A stretch of 55,306 bases of DNA from a virus. Taxonomy: Duplodnaviria; Heunggongvirae; Uroviricota; Caudoviricetes. The notes beneath the pieces were generated by a model. The model was not told the origin of the DNA, did not search any database, and saw only the letters and a list, made by a program, of their open reading frames with translations. Location: the IMG/VR virus record IMGVR_UViG_650377933_000002, one strand, 5' to 3'. Below are positions 40,218 to 51,500 of this stretch, piece by piece. The position numbers and the translations under genes are program-made. Each line of letters starts with the position of its first letter. Position 1 is the stretch's first letter.

Positions 40218-40613
40218 ATGACGAAAGATGAACTGATTGCCCGTCTCCGCTCGCTGGGTGAACAACTGAACCGTGATATCAGCCTGACGGGGACGAAAGA
40301 AGAACTGGCGCTCCGTGTGGCAGAACTGGAAGAAGAGCTTGATGACACGGGCGACACTGCCGGTCAGGATATCCCTCTCAGCCCGGAAAATGTGCTGACC
40401 GGACATGAAAATGAGGTTGTATCAGCGCAGCCGGATACCGTGACTGATACGGCTGATCTGGTCACGGTTGTGGCACTGGTGACGCTGCATACTGATGCAC
40501 TTCACGCCACGCGGGATGAGGCTGTGGCATTTGTGCTGCCGGGAACGGCGTTCCGTGTCTCTGCCGGTGTGGCAGCTGAAATGACAGAGCGCGGCCTGGC
40601 CAGAATACAATAA
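40218..40613 (+). CDS. FI: DNA packaging protein FI
   Basis: ORF 40179..40613; ATG at 40218 (MTKDELIARLRSLGEQLNRD.SLTGTKEELALRVAEL..) matches lambda FI. Confidence 0.9.
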   Translation: MTKDELIARLRSLGEQLNRDISLTGTKEELALRVAELEEELDDTGDTAGQDIPLSPENVLTGHENEVVSAQPDTVTDTADLVTVVALVTLHTDALHATRDEAVAFVLPGTAFRVSAGVAAEMTERGLARIQ

Positions 40614-40624
40614 CGGGAGGCGCT

Positions 40625-40978
40625 GTGGCTGATTTCGATAACCTGTTCGATGCTGCCATTGCCTGCGCCGATGAAACGATACACGGGTACATGGGAACGT
40701 CAGCCACCATGACATCCGGTGAGCAGTCCGGTGCTGTGATACGTGGTGTTTTTGATGACCCTGAAAATATCAGCTATGCCGGACAGGGCGTGCGCGTTGA
40801 AGGCTCCAGCCCGTCCCTGTTTGTCCGGACTGATGATGTGCGGCAGCTGCGGCGCGGCGACACGCTGACCATCGGTGAGGAAAACTTCTGGATAGACCGG
40901 ATTTCGCCGGATGATGGCGGAAGCTGTCATCTCTGGCTTGGGCGGGGCGTACCGCCTGCCGTTAACCGTCGCCGCTGA
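40625..40978 (+). CDS. FII: head-tail connector FII
   Basis: 117-aa ORF matching lambda FII (MADFDNLFDAAIA.ADETI.GYMG..). Confidence 0.9.
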   Translation: MADFDNLFDAAIACADETIHGYMGTSATMTSGEQSGAVIRGVFDDPENISYAGQGVRVEGSSPSLFVRTDDVRQLRRGDTLTIGEENFWIDRISPDDGGSCHLWLGRGVPPAVNRRR

Positions 40979-40989
40979 AAGGGGGATGT

Positions 40990-41568
40990 ATGGCCATAAA
41001 AGGTCTTGAGCAGGCCGTTGAAAACCTCAGCCGTATCAGCAGAACGGCGGTGCCCGGTGCCGCCGCAATGGCCATTAACCGCGTTGCTTCATCCGCGATA
41101 TCGCAGTCGGTGGCACAGGTTGCCCGTGAGACAAAGGTACGCCGGAAACTGGTAAAGGAAAGGGCCAGGCTGAAAAGGGCCACAGTCAAAAATCCGCAGG
41201 CCAGAATCAAAGTTAACCGGGGGGATTTGCCCGTAATCAGGCTGGGTAACGCGCGGGTTGTCCTGTCCCGACGCAGGCGTCGTAAAAAGGGGCAGCGTTC
41301 ATCCCTGAAAGGTGGCGGCAGCGTGCTTGTGGTGGGAAACCGTCGTATTCCCGGCGCGTTTATTCAGCAACTGAAAAATGGCCGCTGGCATGTCATGCAG
41401 CGTGTGGCCGGGAAAAACCGTTACCCCATTGATGTGGTGAAAATTCCGATGGCGGTGCCGCTGACCACGGCGTTTAAACAGAATATTGAGCGGATACGGC
41501 GTGAGCGTCTTCCGAAAGAGCTGGGCTATGCGCTGCAGCATCAACTGAGGATGGTAATAAAGCGATGA
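40990..41568 (+). CDS. Z: tail completion protein Z
   Basis: 192-aa ORF matching lambda Z (MAIKGLEQAVENLSRIS.TAVPGAAAMAINRVASSAISQS..). Confidence 0.9.
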   Translation: MAIKGLEQAVENLSRISRTAVPGAAAMAINRVASSAISQSVAQVARETKVRRKLVKERARLKRATVKNPQARIKVNRGDLPVIRLGNARVVLSRRRRRKKGQRSSLKGGGSVLVVGNRRIPGAFIQQLKNGRWHVMQRVAGKNRYPIDVVKIPMAVPLTTAFKQNIERIRRERLPKELGYALQHQLRMVIKR

Positions 41569-41960
41569 AACATACTGAACTCCGTGCAGCCGTACTGGAT
41601 GCACTGGAAAAATATGACACCGGGGCGACGCTTTTTGATGGTCGCCCCGCTGTTTTTGATGAGGCGGATTTTCCGGCAATTGCCGTTTATCTCACCGGCG
41701 CTGAATACACGGGCGAAGAGCTGGACAGCGATACCTGGCAGGCGGAGCTGCATATTGAAGTTTTCCTGCCTGCTCAGGTGCCGGATTCAGCGCTGGATTC
41801 GTGGATGGAGTCCCGGATTTATCCGGTGATGAGCGATATCCCGGCACTGTCAGATTTGATCACCAGTATGGTGGCCAGTGGCTATGACTACCGACGCGAC
41901 GATGATGCGGGCCTGTGGAGTTCAGCCGATCTGACTTATGTCATTACCTATGAAATGTGA
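41565..41960 (+). CDS. U: tail terminator U
   Basis: 131-aa ORF matching lambda U ([68 protein letters not shown]..). Confidence 0.9.
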   Translation: MKHTELRAAVLDALEKYDTGATLFDGRPAVFDEADFPAIAVYLTGAEYTGEELDSDTWQAELHIEVFLPAQVPDSALDSWMESRIYPVMSDIPALSDLITSMVASGYDYRRDDDAGLWSSADLTYVITYEM

Positions 41961-41967
41961 GGACGAT

Positions 41968-42708
41968 ATGCCTGTACCAAATCCTACAATGCCGGTGAAA
42001 GGTGCCGGGACCACACTGTGGGTTTATAAGGGGAACGGTGACCCTTATGCGAACCCGCTTTCAGACGTGGACTGGTCGCGTCTGGCAAAAGTTAAAGACC
42101 TGACGCCCGGCGAACTGACCGCTGAGTCCTATGACGACAGCTATCTCGATGATGAAGATGCGGACTGGACTGCGACCGGGCAGGGGCAGAAATCAGCCGG
42201 AGATACCAGCTTCACGCTGGCGTGGATGCCCGGAGAACAGGGGCAGCAGGCGCTGCTGGCGTGGTTTAATGAAGGTGATACCCGTGCCTATAAAATCCGC
42301 TTCCCGAACGGCACGGTCGATGTGTTCCGTGGCTGGGTCAGCAGTATCGGTAAAGCGGTGACGGCGAAGGAAGTGATCACCCGCACGGTGAAGGTCACCA
42401 ATGTGGGACGCCCGTCGATGGCAGAAGATCGCAGCACGGTCACAGCGGCAACCGGCATGACCGTGACGCCTGCCAGCACCTCGGTGGTGAAAGGGCAGAG
42501 CACGACGCTGACCGTGGCATTCCAGCCGGAAGGCGCAACCGACAAGAGCTTCCGTGCGGTGTCTGCGGATAAAACAAAAGCCACCGTGTCGGTCAGTGGT
42601 ATGACCATCACCGTGAACGGCGTTGCTGCAGGCAGGGTCAACATTCCGGTTGTATCCGGTAATGGTGAGTTTGCTGCGGTTGCAGAAATCACCGTCACCG
42701 CCAGTTAA
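41968..42708 (+). CDS. V: major tail protein V
   Basis: ORF 41938..42708; ATG at 41968 ([49 protein letters not shown]..) matches lambda V, 246 aa. Confidence 0.9.
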   Translation: MPVPNPTMPVKGAGTTLWVYKGNGDPYANPLSDVDWSRLAKVKDLTPGELTAESYDDSYLDDEDADWTATGQGQKSAGDTSFTLAWMPGEQGQQALLAWFNEGDTRAYKIRFPNGTVDVFRGWVSSIGKAVTAKEVITRTVKVTNVGRPSMAEDRSTVTAATGMTVTPASTSVVKGQSTTLTVAFQPEGATDKSFRAVSADKTKATVSVSGMTITVNGVAAGRVNIPVVSGNGEFAAVAEITVTAS

Positions 42709-42723
42709 TCCGGAGAGTCAGCG

Positions 42724-43146
42724 ATGTTCCTGAAAACCGAATCATTTGAACATAACGGCGTGACCGTCACGCTTTCTGAACTGTCAGCCCTGCAGCGTAT
42801 TGAGCATCTTGCCCTGATGAAACGGCAGGCAGAACAGGCGGAGTCAGACAGCAACCGGCAGGTTACTGTGGAAGACGTCATCAGAACCGGTGCTTTTGTG
42901 GTGGCGATGTCCCTGTGGCATAACCATCCGAAGAAGACGCAGATGCCGTCCATGAATGAGGCCGTTAAACAGATTGAGCAGGAAGTGCTTACCACCTGGC
43001 CCACAGAGGCAATTTCTCATGCTGAAAACGTGGTGTACCGGCTGTCCGGTATGTCTGAGTTTGTGGTGAATAATGCCCCTGAACAGGCAGAGGACGCCGG
43101 GCCTGCAGAGCCTGTTTCTGCGGGAAAGTGTTCGACGGTGAGCTGA
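42724..43146 (+). CDS. G: tail assembly chaperone G
   Basis: 140-aa ORF matching lambda G; contains the slippery heptamer near its 3' end. Confidence 0.9.
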   Translation: MFLKTESFEHNGVTVTLSELSALQRIEHLALMKRQAEQAESDSNRQVTVEDVIRTGAFVVAMSLWHNHPKKTQMPSMNEAVKQIEQEVLTTWPTEAISHAENVVYRLSGMSEFVVNNAPEQAEDAGPAEPVSAGKCSTVS

Positions 43147-43562
43147 GTTTTGCCCTGAAACTGGCGCGTGAGATGGGGCGACCCGACTGGCGCGCCATGC
43201 TTGCCGGGATGTCATCCACGGAGTATGCCGACTGGCACCGCTTTTACAGTACCCACTATTTTCATGATGTTCTGCTGGATATGCACTTTTCCGGGCTGAC
43301 GTACACCGTACTCAGCCTGTTTTTCAGCGATCCGGATATGCATCCGCTGGATTTCAGTCTGCTGAACCGGCGTGAGGCTGACGAAGAGCCTGAAGATGAT
43401 GTGCTGATGCAGAAAGCGGCAGGGCTTGCCGGAGGCGTCCGCTTTGACCCGGACGGGAATGAAGTTATCCCCGCTTCCCCGGATGTGACGGGCATGACGG
43501 AGGATGACGTAATGCTGATGACAGTATCAGAAGGGATCGCAGGAGGAGTCCGGTATGGCTGA
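43128..43562 (+). CDS. T: T segment of the G-T fusion (made by -1 programmed frameshift from G)
   Basis: Open -1 frame downstream of the slippery site GGGAAAG (43122..43128), matching lambda gpT; it has no independent start (the ORF-track start is a GTG artefact). Confidence 0.8.
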   Translation: MFDGELSFALKLAREMGRPDWRAMLAGMSSTEYADWHRFYSTHYFHDVLLDMHFSGLTYTVLSLFFSDPDMHPLDFSLLNRREADEEPEDDVLMQKAAGLAGGVRFDPDGNEVIPASPDVTGMTEDDVMLMTVSEGIAGGVRYG

Positions 43563-46116
43563 ACCGGTAGGCGATCTGGTCGTTGATTTAAGTCTGGATG
43601 CGGCCAGATTTGACGAGCAGATGGCCAGAGTCAGGCGTCATTTTTCCGGTACGGAAACTGATGCGAAAAAAACAGCGGCAGTCGTTGAACAGTCGATGAA
43701 CCGGCAGGCGCTGGCTGCACAGAAAGCGGGGATTTCCGTCGGGCAGTATAAAGCTGCCATGCGTATGCTGCCTGCGCAGTTCACCGACGTGGCCACGCAG
43801 CTTGCAGGCGGGCAAAGTCCGTGGCTGATCCTGCTGCAACAGGGTGGTCAGGTTAAGGACTCCTTCGGCGGGATGATCCCCATGTTCCGGGGGCTTGCCG
43901 GTGCGATCACCCTGCCGATGGTCGGGGCCACCTCGCTGGCGGTGGCGACCGGTGCGCTGGCGTATGCCTGGTATCAGGGTAACTCAACCCTGTCCGATTT
44001 CAACAAAACGCTGGTCCTTTCCGGTAATCAGTCGGGTCTGACGGCAGATCGTATGCTGGTCCTGTCCAGAGCCGGGCAGGCGGCAGGGCTGACGTTTAAC
44101 CAGACCAGCGAGTCACTCAGTGCACTGGTTAAGGCGGGGGTAAGCGGTGAGGCTCAGATTGCGTCCATCAGCCAGAGTGTGGCGCGTTTCTCCTCTGCAT
44201 CCGGCGTGGAGGTGGACAAGGTCGCTGAAGCCTTCGGGAAGCTGACCACTGACCCGACGTCGGGGCTGACGGCGATGGCGCGCCAGTTCCATAACGTGAC
44301 GGCGGAGCAAATTGCGTATGTTGCTCAGTTGCAGCGTTCCGGCGATGAGGCCGGGGCATTGCAGGCAGCGAACGAGGCCGCAACGAAAGGGTTTGATGAC
44401 CAGACCCGCCGCCTGAAAGAGAACATGGGCACGCTGGAGACCTGGGCAGACAGGACTGCGCGGGCATTCAAATCCATGTGGGATGCGGTGCTGGATATTG
44501 GTCGTCCTGATACCGCGCAGGAGATGCTGATTAAGGCAGAGGCTGCGTTTAAGAAAGCAGACGACATCTGGAATCTGCGCAAGGATGATTATTTTGTTAA
44601 CGATGAAGCGCGGGCGCGTTACTGGGATGATCGTGAAAAGGCCCGTCTTGCGCTTGAAGCCGCCCGAAAGAAGGCTGAACAGCAGAGTCAACAGGACAAA
44701 AATGCGCAGCAGCAGAGCGATACCGAAGCGTCACGGCTGAAATATACCGAAGAGGCGCAGAAGGCTTACGAACGGCTGCAGACGCCGCTGGAGAAATATG
44801 CCGCCCGTCAGGAAGAACTGAATAAGGCCCTGAAAGACGGAAAAATCCTGCAGGCAGATTACAACACGCTGATGGCGGCAGCGAAAAAGGACTATGAAAC
44901 GACACTGAAAAAGCCGAAGCAGTCCGGCGTGAAGGTGTCTGCGGGCGATCGTCAGGAAGACAGTGCTCATGCTGCCCTGCTGACGCTTCAGGCTGAACTC
45001 CGGACGCTGGAGAAGCATGCCGGAGCAAATGAGAAAATCAGCCAGCAGCGCCGGGATTTGTGGAAGGCGGAGAGTCAGTTCGCGGTACTGGAGGAGGCGG
45101 CGCAACGTCGCCAGCTGTCTGCACAGGAGAAATCCCTGCTGGCGCATAAAGATGAGACGCTGGAGTACAAACGCCAGCTGGCTGCACTTGGCGACAAGGT
45201 TACGTATCAGGAGCGCCTGAACGCGCTGGCGCAGCAGGCGGATAAATTCGCACAGCAGCAACGGGCAAAACGGGCCGCCATTGATGCGAAAAGCCGGGGG
45301 CTGACTGACCGGCAGGCAGAACGGGAAGCCACGGAACAGCGCCTGAAGGAACAGTATGGCGATAATCCGCTGGCGCTGAATAACGTCATGTCAGAGCAGA
45401 AAAAGACCTGGGCGGCTGAAGACCAGCTTCGCGGGAACTGGATGGCAGGCCTGAAGTCCGGCTGGAGTGAGTGGGAAGAGAGCGCCACGGACAGTATGTC
45501 GCAGGTAAAAAGTGCAGCCACGCAGACCTTTGATGGTATTGCACAGAATATGGCGGCGATGCTGACCGGCAGTGAGCAGAACTGGCGCAGCTTCACCCGT
45601 TCCGTGCTGTCCATGATGACAGAAATTCTGCTTAAGCAGGCAATGGTGGGGATTGTCGGGAGTATCGGCAGCGCCATTGGCGGGGCTGTTGGTGGCGGCG
45701 CATCCGCGTCAGGCGGTACAGCCATTCAGGCCGCTGCGGCGAAATTCCATTTTGCAACCGGAGGATTTACGGGAACCGGCGGCAAATATGAGCCAGCGGG
45801 GATTGTTCACCGTGGTGAGTTTGTCTTCACGAAGGAGGCAACCAGCCGGATTGGCGTGGGGAATCTTTACCGGCTGATGCGCGGCTATGCCACCGGCGGT
45901 TATGTCGGTACACCGGGCAGCATGGCAGACAGCCGGTCGCAGGCGTCCGGGACGTTTGAGCAGAATAACCATGTGGTGATTAACAACGACGGCACGAACG
46001 GGCAGATAGGTCCGGCTGCTCTGAAGGCGGTGTATGACATGGCCCGCAAGGGTGCCCGTGATGAAATTCAGACACAGATGCGTGATGGTGGCCTGTTCTC
46101 CGGAGGTGGACGATGA
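43555..46116 (+). CDS. H: tail tape measure protein H
   Basis: 853-aa ORF, same length and sequence character as lambda gpH; overlaps the T end and M start. Confidence 0.95.
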   Translation: MAEPVGDLVVDLSLDAARFDEQMARVRRHFSGTETDAKKTAAVVEQSMNRQALAAQKAGISVGQYKAAMRMLPAQFTDVATQLAGGQSPWLILLQQGGQVKDSFGGMIPMFRGLAGAITLPMVGATSLAVATGALAYAWYQGNSTLSDFNKTLVLSGNQSGLTADRMLVLSRAGQAAGLTFNQTSESLSALVKAGVSGEAQIASISQSVARFSSASGVEVDKVAEAFGKLTTDPTSGLTAMARQFHNVTAEQIAYVAQLQRSGDEAGALQAANEAATKGFDDQTRRLKENMGTLETWADRTARAFKSMWDAVLDIGRPDTAQEMLIKAEAAFKKADDIWNLRKDDYFVNDEARARYWDDREKARLALEAARKKAEQQSQQDKNAQQQSDTEASRLKYTEEAQKAYERLQTPLEKYAARQEELNKALKDGKILQADYNTLMAAAKKDYETTLKKPKQSGVKVSAGDRQEDSAHAALLTLQAELRTLEKHAGANEKISQQRRDLWKAESQFAVLEEAAQRRQLSAQEKSLLAHKDETLEYKRQLAALGDKVTYQERLNALAQQADKFAQQQRAKRAAIDAKSRGLTDRQAEREATEQRLKEQYGDNPLALNNVMSEQKKTWAAEDQLRGNWMAGLKSGWSEWEESATDSMSQVKSAATQTFDGIAQNMAAMLTGSEQNWRSFTRSVLSMMTEILLKQAMVGIVGSIGSAIGGAVGGGASASGGTAIQAAAAKFHFATGGFTGTGGKYEPAGIVHRGEFVFTKEATSRIGVGNLYRLMRGYATGGYVGTPGSMADSRSQASGTFEQNNHVVINNDGTNGQIGPAALKAVYDMARKGARDEIQTQMRDGGLFSGGGR

Positions 46117-46442
46117 AGACCTTCCGCTGGAAAGTGAAACCCGGTATGGATGTGGCTTCGGTCCCTTCTGTAAGAAAGGTGCGCTTTGGTGATGGCTATT
46201 CTCAGCGAGCGCCTGCCGGGCTGAATGCCAACCTGAAAACGTACAGCGTGACGCTTTCTGTCCCCCGTGAGGAGGCCACGGTACTGGAGTCGTTTCTGGA
46301 AGAGCACGGGGGCTGGAAATCCTTTCTGTGGACGCCGCCTTATGAGTGGCGGCAGATAAAGGTGACCTGCGCAAAATGGTCGTCGCGGGTCAGTATGCTG
46401 CGTGTTGAGTTCAGCGCAGAGTTTGAACAGGTGGTGAACTGA
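46113..46442 (+). CDS. M: tail tip protein M
   Basis: 109-aa ORF matching lambda M (MKTFRWKVKPGMDVASVPSVRKVRFGDGYSQRAPAGLNANLKTYSVTLSVPREEATVLESFLEEHGGWKSFLWTPPYEWRQIKVTCAKWSSRVSMLRVEFSAEFEQVVN). Confidence 0.9.
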   Translation: MKTFRWKVKPGMDVASVPSVRKVRFGDGYSQRAPAGLNANLKTYSVTLSVPREEATVLESFLEEHGGWKSFLWTPPYEWRQIKVTCAKWSSRVSMLRVEFSAEFEQVVN

Positions 46443-47140
46443 TGCAGGATATCCGGCAGGAAACACTGAATGAATGCACCCGTGCGGAGCAGTCGGCCAG
46501 CGTGGTGCTCTGGGAAATCGACCTGACAGAGGTCGGTGGAGAACGTTATTTTTTCTGTAATGAGCAGAACGAAAAAGGTGAGCCGGTCACCTGGCAGGGG
46601 CGACAGTATCAGCCGTATCCCATTCAGGGGAGCGGTTTTGAACTGAATGGCAAAGGCACCAGTACGCGCCCCACGCTGACGGTTTCTAACCTGTACGGTA
46701 TGGTCACCGGGATGGCGGAAGATCTGCAGAGTCTGGTCGGCGGAACGGTGGTCCGGCGTAAGGTTTACGCCCGTTTTCTGGATGCGGTGAACTTCGTCAA
46801 CGGAAACAGTTATGCCGATCCGGAGCAGGAGGTGATCAGCCGCTGGCGCATTGAGCAGTGCAGCGAACTGAGCGCGGTGAGTGCCTCCTTTGTACTGTCC
46901 ACGCCGACGGAAACGGATGGCGCTGTTTTTCCGGGACGTATCATGCTGGCCAACACCTGCACCTGGACCTATCGCGGTGACGAGTGCGGTTATAGCGGTC
47001 CGGCTGTCGCGGATGAATATGACCAGCCAACGTCCGATATCACGAAGGATAAATGCAGCAAATGCCTGAGCGGTTGTAAGTTCCGCAATAACGTCGGCAA
47101 CTTTGGCGGCTTCCTTTCCATTAACAAACTTTCGCAGTAA
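46442..47140 (+). CDS. L: tail tip protein L
   Basis: 232-aa ORF matching lambda L, including the Cys-rich C-terminal region. Confidence 0.9.
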   Translation: MQDIRQETLNECTRAEQSASVVLWEIDLTEVGGERYFFCNEQNEKGEPVTWQGRQYQPYPIQGSGFELNGKGTSTRPTLTVSNLYGMVTGMAEDLQSLVGGTVVRRKVYARFLDAVNFVNGNSYADPEQEVISRWRIEQCSELSAVSASFVLSTPTETDGAVFPGRIMLANTCTWTYRGDECGYSGPAVADEYDQPTSDITKDKCSKCLSGCKFRNNVGNFGGFLSINKLSQ

Positions 47141-47144
47141 TCCC

Positions 47145-47888
47145 ATGACACAGACAGAATCAGCGATTCTGGCGCACGCCCGGCGATGTGCGCCAGCGGA
47201 GTCGTGTGGCTTCGTGGTGAGAACGCCGAAGGGGGAAAGATATTTTCCCTGCGTGAATATCTCCGGTGAGCCGGAGGCGTATTTCCGGATGTCGCCGGAG
47301 GACTGGCTGCGGGCAGAGATGCAGGGTGAGATTGTGGCGCTGGTCCACAGCCACCCCGGTGGTCTGCCCTGGCTGAGTGAGGCTGACAGGCGGCTGCAGG
47401 TGCAGAGCGATTTGCCGTGGTGGCTGGTCTGCCGGGGTGAGATTCATAAATTCCGCTGTGTGCCGCATCTTACCGGGCGGCGCTTTGAGCACGGGGTGAC
47501 GGACTGTTACACGCTGTTCCGGGATGCTTATCATCTGGCGGGGATTGAGATGCCGGATTTTCATCGCGGGGATGACTGGTGGCGTCACGGTCAGAATCTC
47601 TATCTGGATAATCTGGAGGCCACAGGGCTGTATCAGGTGCCGTTGTCATCAGCACAACCGGGCGATGTGCTGCTGTGCTGTTTTGGTTCATCGGTGCCGA
47701 ATCATGCCGCCATTTACTGTGGTGATGGCGAGCTGCTGCACCATATTCCTGAACAACTGAGCAAACGAGAGAGGTATACCGACAAATGGCAGCGACGCAC
47801 ACACTCCCTCTGGCGTCACCGGGCATGGCGCGCATCTGCCTTTACGGGGATTTACAACGATTTGGCCGCCGCATCGACCTTCGTGTGA
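47145..47888 (+). CDS. K: tail tip assembly protein K (MPN/JAMM + NlpC/P60-like)
   Basis: ORF 47103..47888; ATG at 47145 (MTQTESAILAHARRCAPAESCGFVV..ALVHSHPGG..) includes the full JAMM motif; the shorter lambda-annotated start would be the internal Met (..EMQGEIVALVHSHP..); overlaps I by about 100 nt as in lambda. Confidence 0.85.
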   Translation: MTQTESAILAHARRCAPAESCGFVVRTPKGERYFPCVNISGEPEAYFRMSPEDWLRAEMQGEIVALVHSHPGGLPWLSEADRRLQVQSDLPWWLVCRGEIHKFRCVPHLTGRRFEHGVTDCYTLFRDAYHLAGIEMPDFHRGDDWWRHGQNLYLDNLEATGLYQVPLSSAQPGDVLLCCFGSSVPNHAAIYCGDGELLHHIPEQLSKRERYTDKWQRRTHSLWRHRAWRASAFTGIYNDLAAASTFV

Positions 47889-48457
47889 AAACGGGGGCTG
47901 AAGCCATCCGGGCGCTGGCCACACAGCTCCCGGCGTTTCGTCAGAAACTGAGCGACGGCTGGTATCAGGTACGGATTGCCGGGCGGGACGTCAGCACGTC
48001 CGGATTGACGGCGCAGTTACATGAGGTTCTGCCTGACGGCGCTGTGATTCATATTGTTCCCAGAGTCGCCGGGGCCAAGTCAGGGGGCGTATTCCAGATT
48101 GTTCTGGGGGCTACCGCCATTGCCGGATCATTCTTTACTGCCGGAGCCACCCTTGCAGCATGGGGGGCAGCCATTGGGGCCGGTGGTATGACCGGTATCC
48201 TGTTTTCTCTCGGTGCCAGTATGGTACTTGGTGGTGTGGCGCAGATGCTGGCACCGAAAGCTAGAACTCCCCGTACACAGACAACGGATAACGGTAAGCA
48301 GAACACCTATTTCTCCTCACTGGATAACATGGTTGCCCAGGGCAATGTTCTGCCTGTTCTGTACGGTGAAATGCGCGTGGGGTCGCGGGTGGCTTCTCAG
48401 GAGATCAGCACGGCAGACGAGGGGGACGGTGGTCAGGTTGTGGTGATTGGTCGTTGA
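47786..48457 (+). CDS. I: tail assembly protein I
   Basis: 223-aa ORF matching lambda I, with Gly/Ala-rich hydrophobic C-terminal half. Confidence 0.9.
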   Translation: MAATHTLPLASPGMARICLYGDLQRFGRRIDLRVKTGAEAIRALATQLPAFRQKLSDGWYQVRIAGRDVSTSGLTAQLHEVLPDGAVIHIVPRVAGAKSGGVFQIVLGATAIAGSFFTAGATLAAWGAAIGAGGMTGILFSLGASMVLGGVAQMLAPKARTPRTQTTDNGKQNTYFSSLDNMVAQGNVLPVLYGEMRVGSRVASQEISTADEGDGGQVVVIGR

Positions 48458-48517
48458 TGAAAAACGTTTTATGTGAAACCGCCTCAGGGCGGTTTTGTCG
48501 TTTCTGGAGCGTGAGGA

Positions 48518-51500
48518 ATGGGTAAAGGCAGCAGTAAGGGGCATACCCCGCGCGAAGCGAAGGACAACCTGAAGTCCACGCAGATGCTGAGCGTGATAGA
48601 CGCCATCAGTGAAGGGCCGATTGAAGGTCCGGTGGACGGATTAAAAAGTGTGCTGCTGAACAGTACGCCAGTGCTGGACAGTGAGGGGAATACCAATATC
48701 TCCGGTGTCACGGTGGTTTTCCGGGCAGGTGAGCAGGAGCAGACACCGCCGGAGGGATTTGAATCCTCCGGCTCCGAGACGGTGCTGGGTACGGAAGTGA
48801 AGTACGACACGCCGATTACCCGGACCATCACGTCTGCAAACATCGACCGTCTGCGCTTTACCTTCGGTGTGCAGGCACTGGTGGAAACCACCTCAAAGGG
48901 GGACCGGAATCCGTCGGAAGTCCGCCTGCTGGTTCAGATACAGCGTAACGGTGGCTGGGTGACGGAAAAAGACATCACCATTAAAGGCAAAACCACCTCA
49001 CAGTATCTGGCATCGGTGGTGGTGGGTAACCTGCCGCCGCGCCCGTTTAATATCCGGATGCGCAGGATGACACCGGACAGCACCACAGACCAGCTGCAGA
49101 ACAAAACGCTCTGGTCGTCATACACCGAAATCATCGATGTGAAACAGTGCTACCCGAACACGGCACTGGTCGGCGTGCAGGTGGACTCGGAACAGTTCGG
49201 CAGCCAGCAGGTGAGTCGTAATTATCATCTTCGCGGGCGCATTCTGCAGGTGCCGTCGAACTATAACCCGCAGACGCGACAATACAGCGGTATCTGGGAC
49301 GGAACGTTTAAGCCAGCATACAGCAACAACATGGCCTGGTGTCTGTGGGATATGCTGACCCATCCGCGCTACGGCATGGGAAAACGTCTTGGTGCGTCGG
49401 ATGTGGATAAATGGGCGCTGTATGTCATCGGCCAGTACTGCGACCAGTCGGTGCCGGACGGCTTTGGCGGCACGGAGCCGCGCATCACCTGTAATGCCTG
49501 GCTGACCACGCAGCGTAAGGCGTGGGATGTGCTCAGTGATTTCTGCTCGGCGATGCGCTGTATGCCGGTATGGAACGGGCAGACGCTGACGTTCGTGCAG
49601 GACCGACCATCAGATAAGGTGTGGACCTATAACCGCAGTAATGTGGTGATGCCGGATGATGGCGCGCCGTTCCGCTACAGCTTCAGCGCCCTGAAGGACC
49701 GCCATAATGCCGTTGAGGTGAACTGGATTGACCCGAACAACGGCTGGGAGACGGCGACAGAGCTTGTGGAGGATACGCAGGCCATTGCCCGTTACGGTCG
49801 TAATGTCACGAAGATGGATGCCTTTGGCTGTACCAGCCGGGGGCAGGCACACCGCGCCGGGCTGTGGCTGATTAAAACGGAACTGCTGGAGACGCAGACC
49901 GTGGATTTCAGCGTGGGTGCTGAAGGGCTTCGCCATGTACCGGGCGATGTCATTGAAATCTGCGATGATGACTATGCCGGTATCAGCACCGGTGGTCGCG
50001 TGCTGGCGGTGAACAGCCAGACCCGGACGCTGACGCTCGACCGTGAAATCACGCTGCCATCCTCCGGTACCACGCTGATAAGCCTGGTTGACGGAAGTGG
50101 TAATCCGGTCAGCGTGGAGGTTCAGTCCGTCACCGACGGACTTAAGGTGAAAGTGAATCGGGTTCCTGACGGCGTTGCAGAATACAGTGTGTGGGGGCTG
50201 AAGTTGCCGACGTTGCGTCAGCGCCTGTTCCGCTGTGTGAGTATCCGTGAGAACGATGACGGCACGTATGCCATCACTGCCGTGCAGCATGTACCGGAAA
50301 AAGAAGCCATCGTGGATAACGGGGCGCACTTTGACGGCGACCAGAGCGGCACGGTGAATGGTGTCACGCCGCCAGCGGTGCAGCACCTGACCGCCGAAGT
50401 CACCGCAGACAGCGGGGAATACCAGGTGCTGGCGCGCTGGGATACGCCGAAGGTGGTGAAGGGCGTGAGCTTTATGCTTCGCCTGACCGTGGCAGCGGAT
50501 GACGGCAGTGAGCGGCTGGTCAGCACGGCCCGGACGACGGAAACCACATACCGCTTCAGGCAGCTGGCTCTGGGAAATTACAGTCTGACAGTCCGGGCGG
50601 TAAATGCGTGGGGGCAGCAGGGCGATCCGGCGTCGGTATCGTTCCGGATTGCCGCACCGGCAGCACCATCGCGGATTGAGCTGACGCCGGGCTATTTTCA
50701 GATAACCGCCACGCCGCATCTTGCGGTTTATGATCCGACGGTACAGTTTGAGTTCTGGTTCTCGGAAAAGCGGATTACCGATATCAGGCAGGTTGAAACC
50801 ACAGCCCGCTATCTTGGTACGGCGCTGTACTGGATAGCCGCCAGTATCAATATCAAACCGGGCCATGATTATTACTTTTATATCCGCAGTGTGAACACCG
50901 TTGGCAAATCGGCATTCGTGGAGGCCGTCGGTCGGGCGAGCGATGATGCGGAAGGTTACCTGGATTTTTTCAAAGGCAAGATAACCGAATCCCATCTCGG
51001 CAAGGAGCTGCTGGAAAAAGTCGAGCTGACGGAGGATAACGCCAGCAGACTGGAGGAGTTTTCGAAAGAGTGGAAGGACGCCAACGATAAGTGGAATGCC
51101 ATGTGGGGCGTCAAAATTGAGCAGACCAAAGACGGCAAACATTATGTCGCGGGTATTGGCCTCAGCATGGAGGACACGGAGGAAGGCAAACTGAGTCAGT
51201 TTCTGGTTGCCGCTAACCGTATCGCATTTATTGACCCGGCAAACGGGAATGAAACGCCGATGTTTGTGGCGCAGGGCAATCAGATATTCATGAACGACGT
51301 GTTCCTGAAGCGCCTGACGGCCCCCACCATTACCAGTGGTGGCAGTCCTCCGGTATTTTCCCTGACATCAGACGGAAAGCTGACCGCTAAAAATGCGGAT
51401 ATCAGTGGCAGTGTGAATGCGAACGCCGGGACGCTCAACAATGTCACGGTAAATGAAAACTGTACGATTAAGGGCATGCTGGAGGCGACTCAGGTCAGAG

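Noticed and set aside
44113-46374. Several minus-strand ORFs of 170-220 aa (44113..44691, 44731..45261, 45207..45725, 45709..46374)
   Set aside because: All are antisense to the tape measure gene H; Ala/Arg-rich translations typical of GC-rich antisense frames.
49610-51142. 510-aa minus-strand ORF
   Set aside because: Lies entirely antisense within J, whose plus-strand product matches lambda gpJ; a GC-rich antisense open frame, not a gene.
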